A stretch of 64,000 nt of DNA from Bacilli bacterium. Its GTDB lineage: Bacteria; Bacillota_I; Bacilli_A; RFN20; CAG-826. The notes beneath the pieces were generated by a model that saw nothing but the letters and a program-made list of their open reading frames with translations, ran no database searches and was not told where the DNA came from. The position numbers and the translations under genes are program-made. How positions within the stretch are numbered: position 1 is the first letter of the stretch; the number at the start of each line of letters is the position of its first letter. The stretch covers positions 6,115 to 70,114 of the forward strand of contig JAFSUM010000023.1 of NCBI GenBank assembly GCA_017445245.1. The letters are read 5' to 3'. Positions 57,398 through 64,000 of the stretch are shown in pieces.

Positions 57398-58419
57398 ACT
57401 TTCTAATCACCGGCGGCGCCGGCTTCATCGGCGGGAACTTCCTCCACATCATGACCAGGAAGCATCCGGAGGACCGTTACGTCTGCTTGGACGCTTTGAC
57501 CTATGCGGGTAACCTCGAAACCCTTCAGCCCATCATGGACCTGCCGAACTTCCGCTTCATCAAAGGCGACATCCGTGACCGCGAACTCGTCGAAAGGCTA
57601 TTCGAAGAAGAACGTTTTGATATCGTCATCAACTTCGCGGCCGAATCCCACGTGGACCGTTCCATCGAGAACCCGCAGGTGTTCTTGGAGACCAACATCG
57701 TCGGCACCTCGGTATTGATGGACGCCTGCCGTAAATACGGGATCAAACGCTTCCACCAGGTATCCACGGACGAAGTATACGGGGATTTGCCTTTGGACCG
57801 CCCGGATCTTTTATTCCGTGAGGATACCCCCTTGCATACCTCCAGCCCCTATTCCTCCTCCAAGGCCGCGGCAGACCTACTCGTGTTGGCATACCACAGG
57901 ACATACGGCCTTCCCTGCACGATTTCCCGTTGTTCGAACAACTACGGGCCGTACCAGTTCCCGGAGAAACTTATCCCGTTGATGATCCAGAAGGCCACCC
58001 GCGACGAGAAACTGCCCGTATATGGGGACGGCAAAAACGTAAGGGATTGGCTGCACGTGGCGGACCACTGCGAGGCGATAGACCTGATCGTCCGCAAAGG
58101 ACGTGACGGCGAAATCTATAACGTCGGTGGCCATAACGAGCGCAGCAACCTGGAAGTTGTTAAAACTATCCTCAAGGCCCTGAGCAAGGATGAAAGCCTC
58201 ATCGGCTACGTGAAGGACCGCCTGGGCCACGACCGCAGGTACGCGATTGACCCGCACAAGTTAGAAACCGAGCTAGGATGGAAGCCCCAGTACAACTTCG
58301 ATACGGGCATCGCCCAAACCATCCGTTGGAATCAAGAGAACCAAAGCTGGCTTCGTAACGTCGAATCCGGTGAATACCTTAGATGGATGAGGCGATATAA
58401 TTATTTACATGGGAAATAA
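57394..58419 (+). CDS. rmlB: dTDP-glucose 4,6-dehydratase
   Basis: MNFLITGGAGFIGGNF start, STDEVYG and YSSSKAAAD motifs. The start overlaps the rmlD stop as ATGA. Confidence 0.93.
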   Translation: MNFLITGGAGFIGGNFLHIMTRKHPEDRYVCLDALTYAGNLETLQPIMDLPNFRFIKGDIRDRELVERLFEEERFDIVINFAAESHVDRSIENPQVFLETNIVGTSVLMDACRKYGIKRFHQVSTDEVYGDLPLDRPDLLFREDTPLHTSSPYSSSKAAADLLVLAYHRTYGLPCTISRCSNNYGPYQFPEKLIPLMIQKATRDEKLPVYGDGKNVRDWLHVADHCEAIDLIVRKGRDGEIYNVGGHNERSNLEVVKTILKALSKDESLIGYVKDRLGHDRRYAIDPHKLETELGWKPQYNFDTGIAQTIRWNQENQSWLRNVESGEYLRWMRRYNYLHGK

Positions 58420-58819
58420 CAAAAACACTTATTTACTCCTTCTATCCCAACGCCAAAATCGGGACGCCTATGCTTCAATCGTGTGTTTACTCAGCTGCAC
58501 ATTAGTTTGTTCGGCGCTAATCATCGCGTATGGCCTCACTGGAAACGCATGGTTTTTCATTGGGTCTTCTGCTCCGATTACTGTGTTTTGGTTATTAGGC
58601 GCCGCTTTTGACGCTGAAGTCATCGCATTCGAACGTTTATCATTAGAAAAATCAAAAGTCCCGGAAGAGGATGCCACGTTCTCGGATTTGAGAATTCTCC
58701 CGCGGAATCGCAAACAGGATTATCCCGTAGCCTTGGTGAGCAACCTCAAAACGGTGTTCTATTCCCTATCGCTTATCAGCCTAATGTCGGCGGGCATCGC
58801 TTTATTAGTTAGCCAATGA
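58409..58819 (+). CDS. Small polytopic membrane protein (3 TM helices), overlapping both neighbours
   Basis: Three hydrophobic helices. The ATG overlaps the rmlB 3' end by 11 nt, and the stop overlaps the next start as ATGA. Confidence 0.5.
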   Translation: MGNNKNTYLLLLSQRQNRDAYASIVCLLSCTLVCSALIIAYGLTGNAWFFIGSSAPITVFWLLGAAFDAEVIAFERLSLEKSKVPEEDATFSDLRILPRNRKQDYPVALVSNLKTVFYSLSLISLMSAGIALLVSQ

Positions 58820-60501
58820 GCACGCCTTCTATTTTTTCGCGCCTAAACGCGTTCCTAGCATCTGACCACCATTGCCTTCTTCTCAGCGGACCATGGGGCT
58901 GCGGCAAAACCTATCTCATCGACCATTGGGTGGAACAAAGACAAAAGGATCAATTGGCAGAGAATCTTTTGCGCCCAGATAAATACATCCGCATAAGTTT
59001 ATTTGGCAAACCGGACATTAATTCTATCTATTGTGATGCCCTCTCACAGATTTTCACCTCCAGAAAACTGTTCAAGAGAATGCACAACTTTGGCGAGTCG
59101 TCGTTTGGAATTGGACTCGGGCCAGTTTCGTTAAATGCGCCCTTGTCATTAATCGCCGCGGGCATGGAAAACGATTTTCCGCCCATCCTGAAACATCATC
59201 GGAGCATCATCATAATAATTGACGACATAGAACGCGCCTCGCCAAATGTTTCTTTTGAAGATTTTTTAGGTTTTGTCGAAGTCCTACCGAGTTACATAAA
59301 AGTCATTTTGATTGCGAATAAAGAGGAACTAGGAGAAAGGGGAACTGTTTTCTCACGATATTCTGAACGCGTCATTGATGAAGTTATTGCGATTTCTGAA
59401 CCAACAAAAGAGGTGCTTTCTTTGTTGCTAGGGGATCGTCTTTACCAAATAGCGAAAAACCATTCGAGAGTATTACGAAACCTGAGAACGGTAGTGCACT
59501 TTAAAGCTTTTGCGGCGTTTTTAAAACCTTCACTTCCTGACGAAGCGTTCCTCTACGCTTTTTACGTAATAACGCTTTATTACGAAGGCGAGCTTGGCAA
59601 TGACCATTATTTGAATTTCCTTCAGAATGAATTATCGAGACCAGCCAATAAATATGCCGAAGAATCCCTAAAGAAACTAATTGATGAGGCCCGAAAAACC
59701 CAATTCGATAACTATTCAATAGCGAATAAAATCATCCTCCGGTTACATTCTTTTCACGAAATCGAAGAATGGACTCTTGAATTCGCCAAGCAAATCATTC
59801 ATGCACTAGACACGGAAGACTACACCCGCATAAAAGAATTTAACATACCCGCAAGAAACATGGGCAAAGCGTTTGATTACGATTTTGTCGAAGTTGTGTT
59901 GTCGGCGCCAAATCTTCTGGTGGGATATCTGGATGCCTTTCAGCAGTTTTCCGAAGCGTTATCCAGTGCTTCTTTCAATATCTTTTCGATATGCAAATCG
60001 TATTCCTTGTTTAGGACATACTTCTTTAAAATGCTTCCTGTCAAGAAGCAGGCGGAAGTTCAAAATTTGACAGAGTCATTTGAAACCGCGCTCGTTACTA
60101 AGGCTGCGGAAACGGTGTTGGTTTTCAATTACCTTCCCATGTTCCTGCAGTTCGGACAAGACTCTTTGACCCAAAACATTTTTCGGAAAATAGATTGCTT
60201 AGGAAAGGAAAAAATCAAAGAGAGTTTGGCGAAAACTGAAATGGATATCGCCAGTATCCTCAATGTCGTTAAATTAATCAAACAATGCCCCGGTAAACCG
60301 GGCGATGATATCGACGAACTCTATTTATTGATTGGTCAAGAATTAGTAAAACGGTACTCATCTGATCCCAGGAAATACTTGGATTCCGTTAGATTATTAG
60401 CAAATAACATGGACGGTGACTCTCGATACCAAAAAAGCTATAAATTCATAAACAATCTGGAGGATAAGAGAATTGCTTTCATTTTCGATTTAACGCCCTG
60501 A
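58816..60501 (+). CDS. KAP-family P-loop NTPase (soluble, no TM insert)
   Basis: LLLSGPWGCGKTYLIDHW Walker A, IIIIIDDIERAS Walker B (KAP DDLDR-like), then VILIANKEEL. Confidence 0.68.
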   Translation: MSTPSIFSRLNAFLASDHHCLLLSGPWGCGKTYLIDHWVEQRQKDQLAENLLRPDKYIRISLFGKPDINSIYCDALSQIFTSRKLFKRMHNFGESSFGIGLGPVSLNAPLSLIAAGMENDFPPILKHHRSIIIIIDDIERASPNVSFEDFLGFVEVLPSYIKVILIANKEELGERGTVFSRYSERVIDEVIAISEPTKEVLSLLLGDRLYQIAKNHSRVLRNLRTVVHFKAFAAFLKPSLPDEAFLYAFYVITLYYEGELGNDHYLNFLQNELSRPANKYAEESLKKLIDEARKTQFDNYSIANKIILRLHSFHEIEEWTLEFAKQIIHALDTEDYTRIKEFNIPARNMGKAFDYDFVEVVLSAPNLLVGYLDAFQQFSEALSSASFNIFSICKSYSLFRTYFFKMLPVKKQAEVQNLTESFETALVTKAAETVLVFNYLPMFLQFGQDSLTQNIFRKIDCLGKEKIKESLAKTEMDIASILNVVKLIKQCPGKPGDDIDELYLLIGQELVKRYSSDPRKYLDSVRLLANNMDGDSRYQKSYKFINNLEDKRIAFIFDLTP

Positions 60502-60697
60502 AGGAATTAACGGCTACTATACTAAAGTTCATCTTGAACAGGGCCTCGATCAATAACGGATAGTCAGCGTGATTTGTGGCCCAAATGGGGATGACCCCGA
60601 TTCTAAAACACGAATTGCATCCATTCCCATGTAGATGCTCTCTCGAACGGATGTTCCAGATATTTCTTCACCTTGCAAATGTGCTTGAAGGCCTCCA

Positions 60698-61030
60698 TCA
60701 ACCAGCATCAGAAGGGAAACCACAGGGGGAGAGTTCGCCACCGATTGCAATCTTGTCTTTCCCATGAAGAACATTCATAACGCCGTATTCTTTTGACAAC
60801 AGCATCGTTTGAAGGCACCGCCTCAGAATTTTGTCATTCGAGACGTCGTTCTTTTTGGCCACCAGTCGAATTTCAAAAAGGATGGCGCGATCATCTTGCG
60901 CAAGGATGGCAAATAGCAGCGCGAACAAGGCACAAGTGATGTTAATAACCCAAGTCAAGATAACGTCTTTGCCGAAATACGCAAAATCAAAAGCCAAGAT
61001 GATTAGAATTGTGAAGGCCAGCATTGACAT
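60698..61030 (-). CDS. Small membrane protein (2 TM helices), possibly frameshifted with ORF 60550-60774
   Basis: Two N-terminal TM helices. Its 3' end overlaps a same-strand ORF in another frame by 77 nt. Confidence 0.35.
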   Translation of the reverse strand: MSMLAFTILIILAFDFAYFGKDVILTWVINITCALFALLFAILAQDDRAILFEIRLVAKKNDVSNDKILRRCLQTMLLSKEYGVMNVLHGKDKIAIGGELSPCGFPSDAG

Positions 61031-61047
61031 AAACGGGAAAAGACGTA

Positions 61048-61269
61048 CTACCGATTATTCATGAGCACTTTCTTAGGAATATCGAACATGCAGCGATGGT
61101 CTATTTGCAAACCAATGGCAATCGTGGTTAACACCAATCCTAAAATGGTGGAAACGGCGACAAAGGTTGCGAGAGCAGGCTCCGCCGAAGAGGGTCGCGC
61201 ACAATCAAAACAAGAAGGCGCGTTTCGAATGGTGGTAGCAACTAAAAGAGCGCCAGAAACGGCCATCAA
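61048..61269 (-). CDS. Small membrane protein, start uncertain
   Basis: Two hydrophobic segments. The frame stays open upstream of the track's TTG start (..LFANHRALGWLIL), so the protein may be longer. Confidence 0.3.
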   Translation of the reverse strand: MMAVSGALLVATTIRNAPSCFDCARPSSAEPALATFVAVSTILGLVLTTIAIGLQIDHRCMFDIPKKVLMNNR

Positions 61270-61327
61270 AATAAGCCATCCAAGTGCTCTGTGATTTGCG
61301 AAAAGTCGCTTTAGCAGGTTAAAGAAA

Positions 61328-61963
61328 CTACTTCCAGGGCCAGGGTATTTTGACCAAGAACCAAAAAGGGCAAACAGATTGGATTAAGCAAAACACGGCG
61401 CCTTTAGTCACTCGATATTTGTTGAGGATGATGCTGGATACGGCGATGTTCTGCCCCGCCATATCCTCTATGGATCCACGGTAACCGCGCTGCTGGACTT
61501 CGTTTATGTATTTTCCCCGTTTTGAAGCGACAGTCTCATTTGCGTCGTTTCCTTCGGCTTCGATATTGTATTTTGCTATATCGCCGTAAAAGTACTGGTT
61601 GCGAGAAACTTTGCCTTCTTTCACATCTACTTTACGTTTGGTTCCGTGAGTTCTTGTGTTCGGATTAAGCGCAAGCCCGACACAAAAAACGGAAATCATA
61701 TTGAGGAGGGCCACATAGGCAAGCACGCCAACGAAGATAAACCATGCCCAATCAGGCAAACGCGACTTCGATTCAGAGTAAACCTGCACCAAGCACCCAA
61801 CGATTCCGGATGTGGCACCCGCAATAAGAGCGGTGCTGGCCGCCAAAACAAACGATAGTTTAACGTCGGCATAACCTAGTTGACCGTAGATGATGTCATT
61901 CGCCTTTTGCAGGTTATTGTGCAAATCATTGTCGTCCAACTTCTTGTCGTCCAGATCGTCCAT
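61328..61963 (-). CDS. Pycsar-type transmembrane effector-like protein (PycTM / DUF5706-like)
   Basis: YADVKLSFVLAAS (aDxK) precedes TM1. TM2, a loop with YFYGDIAKY, and a terminal segment IAVSSIILNKYRVTKGAVFCL follow. This layout matches my recollection of Pfam PycTM. Confidence 0.5.
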   Translation of the reverse strand: MDDLDDKKLDDNDLHNNLQKANDIIYGQLGYADVKLSFVLAASTALIAGATSGIVGCLVQVYSESKSRLPDWAWFIFVGVLAYVALLNMISVFCVGLALNPNTRTHGTKRKVDVKEGKVSRNQYFYGDIAKYNIEAEGNDANETVASKRGKYINEVQQRGYRGSIEDMAGQNIAVSSIILNKYRVTKGAVFCLIQSVCPFWFLVKIPWPWK

Positions 61964-62056
61964 GCTATCTGCCTCCCCTTGCGTTTGAGCGCGCCTCTAT
62001 TGCCCAATATTATATATCCCAAATCTTTATGCAAAACACTTTGCCAAAGAGCGGTG

Positions 62057-62638
62057 TCAACCGTTTGTTTTTCCTCGGATAGAAGCGGGTGGCTGAAGGG
62101 GGTCGCTAGACTCCCTAGCTTTCTCGGCCTGATACTCCATTCTGCCTTTGTCACCATGCGAATACTCTCGAAGCACGACGGAATTATTCACCCCTTCAAG
62201 ATACAGTTGATAGGCTCGAATGATTGCTTGCGTGGTTCTCGCATTGAACAATAGCACGTTCGGCATATGCTCAACTTCCTCTTCCATATAAGCACAAACC
62301 AAATGGCCTTCATCTGGTTTTTGAGTGTCGTAGAAGTGGCGATTCTCTTTAGGTATTTGCCTTAGATCGCCCTCACTCCACTTTGAAAAAGCGTAGATTT
62401 TAGTTCCTTCCTTTTGATAATTGGGGCCCACGTGCATATACGCCAGTTTTGAAAACCGCTCTTCTTTCAATTGACTTTTGTCCAACCCCAAAGCAACCAC
62501 AGTTTCGGCATCCACTGCATAAAATCGAATAATAGCATCCTCACTCAAGACGCTGCTTGGGTAATAAATAACTTCGCTAAGCGGGAACTCTTCGTGAAAT
62601 TCATCATAGTCCGTCTGAAACGAACGATCTGTAGGCAC
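62057..62638 (-). CDS. Hypothetical soluble protein (193 aa) between the cyclase and the TM effector
   Basis: GTG start at 62638 lies 7 nt after GAAGGAG and overlaps the cyclase 3' end by 35 nt. No motif was recognised. Confidence 0.5.
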   Translation of the reverse strand: MPTDRSFQTDYDEFHEEFPLSEVIYYPSSVLSEDAIIRFYAVDAETVVALGLDKSQLKEERFSKLAYMHVGPNYQKEGTKIYAFSKWSEGDLRQIPKENRHFYDTQKPDEGHLVCAYMEEEVEHMPNVLLFNARTTQAIIRAYQLYLEGVNNSVVLREYSHGDKGRMEYQAEKARESSDPLQPPASIRGKTNG

Positions 62639-63878
62639 CTGGATACTCCTTCTTCGCTATGGCCTCGTTATTCTTGTTGTTCTGGAACCGCTGCGTATAT
62701 TCAGTGAGACCGACATCCGTTTTCCAATACAGGCCATAATCGATAGGTTTGAATTGGTTGGCTAGAAATTTTAAGTAAGGCTCTTTCAGCAATTCATTAT
62801 GCATTTGGTCGGTAATGACCAGGTCTCCTTCCTCGGCTCTTGTTTCTTGGAGCCAATCGCCCAAGGAAACGGTTCTGCCAAAAATAACAACATCGGTATT
62901 GTTTCTTATTCCAACCTTCGCCACGTAAATCGGCCCTGAAGCCATTCCAATCCCTACGCTGAACTTTTCCCCCGCGAAGAAATCCAATATGTTCATTCCA
63001 GAACGAACGGCTTCTCCGACGGAGACAACTTTCCCGGCATAAGCCCCGGCAAAAACCCCCACCTCCTTATCGCCTTGGATTTGAATGTGCTTGCCTGATT
63101 TGTCCACAATGGCACGCATTTTCTGCAAGGTGTGGGCTATTTGTCCAACCAATACGTTTAAATTCGAATCGTCAGGCTCAAAAAGAAGGGTAAACCCGCG
63201 AATATCCGCGAAGATGGCAGATCCGGAGATTTTCACCGGGCGATTCTCGGATAGCCGGTCTAAATCGGACAAGGAATTAGCCGATTCCATTAGAATTTGC
63301 CTAGAAGAATGGCGCGAGAAGGACTCCAGCACCTGTCTTCTGCTGTCATCGTCAAACGCGGCGTTTAAGGCATCCATGTTTGCAAACAAAAGATGAAGAC
63401 CTGCAGCGTAGTAAACGCCGCTTCCATCATCGGTATATTTCTTAATTCTTGGGCTAACCGTCATAGCGAATAATCTTCGCGCGCCAACGTTCAATGCCTG
63501 ATAATCGTCTTTGGCGATGGCAATCGTAGAGACTTGAGTTACGGACAAGAGTTTGCAAGCGAAATTCGCGGCATACCCGATAGACGTTTCTTCTTCTTCG
63601 AGAGAAAACACACGGAACTCCCCGTAATTAGCACCGATTCGGATATTCATAGGTTGGGACAAAGCTATTGCCGAATTCTCATTCGCAGTTTTCAAAGCTC
63701 CGTATGCATAAACGGCAATGTTGAGCATGACCAAGATGCAATGACCAACGCCTTGGTTTCTTTTGTCTTCTATATACAAATGAAGCCGGCTGCCAGTTAC
63801 TTTCTCAATCACCGCATCGGGATAACGTCCAACGGCGAAACGTTGGATGCTGGAGAATAGACCATTCAAGAAAGCCAA
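62604..63878 (-). CDS. Class III nucleotidyl cyclase with tandem cyclase-homology domains (N-terminal degenerate, C-terminal apparently active), PycC-like
   Basis: The C-domain carries AIFADIRGFTLLF (metal Asp), IQGDKEVGVF, GIGMASGPIYVAKVG and FGRTVSLG. The N-domain repeats the fold (CILVMLNIAVYAYG, IRIGANYGEF, GYAANFACKL) without the Asp residues. The start at 63878 is TTG, and the frame stays open to base 64000, so the gene may be 5'-partial. Confidence 0.65.
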   Translation of the reverse strand: MAFLNGLFSSIQRFAVGRYPDAVIEKVTGSRLHLYIEDKRNQGVGHCILVMLNIAVYAYGALKTANENSAIALSQPMNIRIGANYGEFRVFSLEEEETSIGYAANFACKLLSVTQVSTIAIAKDDYQALNVGARRLFAMTVSPRIKKYTDDGSGVYYAAGLHLLFANMDALNAAFDDDSRRQVLESFSRHSSRQILMESANSLSDLDRLSENRPVKISGSAIFADIRGFTLLFEPDDSNLNVLVGQIAHTLQKMRAIVDKSGKHIQIQGDKEVGVFAGAYAGKVVSVGEAVRSGMNILDFFAGEKFSVGIGMASGPIYVAKVGIRNNTDVVIFGRTVSLGDWLQETRAEEGDLVITDQMHNELLKEPYLKFLANQFKPIDYGLYWKTDVGLTEYTQRFQNNKNNEAIAKKEYPGAYRSFVSDGL

Positions 63879-64000
63879 GGATTTCCTTATATTATGAGTC
63901 CGTTTTTCTTCTTGTTCGAGTTCGTCGTCGAAATTAAGGATCTCGACATAGATGTGAAGCCCCTTCTTCCTTGAGGAAATGCTGGGTTGATGCTGCGATT

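Noticed and set aside
58409-60501. Calling the TM + KAP pair a bona fide Tmn defence system
   Set aside because: Tmn, as I recall it, is a single KAP protein with an internal TM insert. Here the architecture is split and the similarity was judged only from Walker motifs, so the name is not justified without HMM evidence.

Overview
Dense, two-stranded chromosomal window from a Gram-positive-type (Bacillota-like) organism, judged from the TagD, TagF, TagGH and LicD wall-polymer genes. No rRNA and no CRISPR array were seen. (1) 1-6.1 kb is housekeeping: mgtE, an acidic lipoprotein with an internal 675-bp tandem duplication, tRNA-Leu(GAG) with its own promoter and terminator, and an M13 peptidase (PepO-like). 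(2) 6.1-14.9 kb is a promoter-to-terminator, translationally coupled four-gene minus-strand operon. It joins a membrane-anchored McrB-like AAA+ protein, a 1046-aa McrC/DUF2357-like + Zn-ribbon + GNAT + Pro-rich protein, a 7TMR-DISM pseudo-kinase and a LytS-type histidine kinase, with no response regulator nearby. I consider this the best candidate for an undescribed system. (3) 15-31 kb holds a surface protein and a cell-wall glycopolymer locus: GT2 genes, gpsA, glf, DUF4422, a TagGH-like exporter, a GlfT2-like/TagF-like fusion, tagD, licD, a priming sugar transferase and a Wzy/O-antigen-ligase-like protein. (4) 28.9-54.7 kb and 58.4-64 kb form a mosaic of defence-type modules interleaved with the remaining glycopolymer genes (GT4 at 38.3 kb, a truncated acyltransferase at 52.2 kb, rmlACDB at 55-58.4 kb). 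The modules are two orphan ATPases, an AEP-primase/SF2-helicase fusion, an IetAS-like pair followed by two extra genes, AbiH, a PD-(D/E)xK protein, an IS1595-like remnant, a type II-A-like retron with a candidate msr-msd, a type II Thoeris pair, a solitary OLD nuclease, a split TM + KAP NTPase pair, and a Pycsar-like module with a tandem cyclase and an extra gene. All family names come from motif recognition by eye and need HMM or structure confirmation. The ORF track writes GTG and TTG starts as M; I verified this at 9232, 47242, 49121, 52753, 62638 and 63878.
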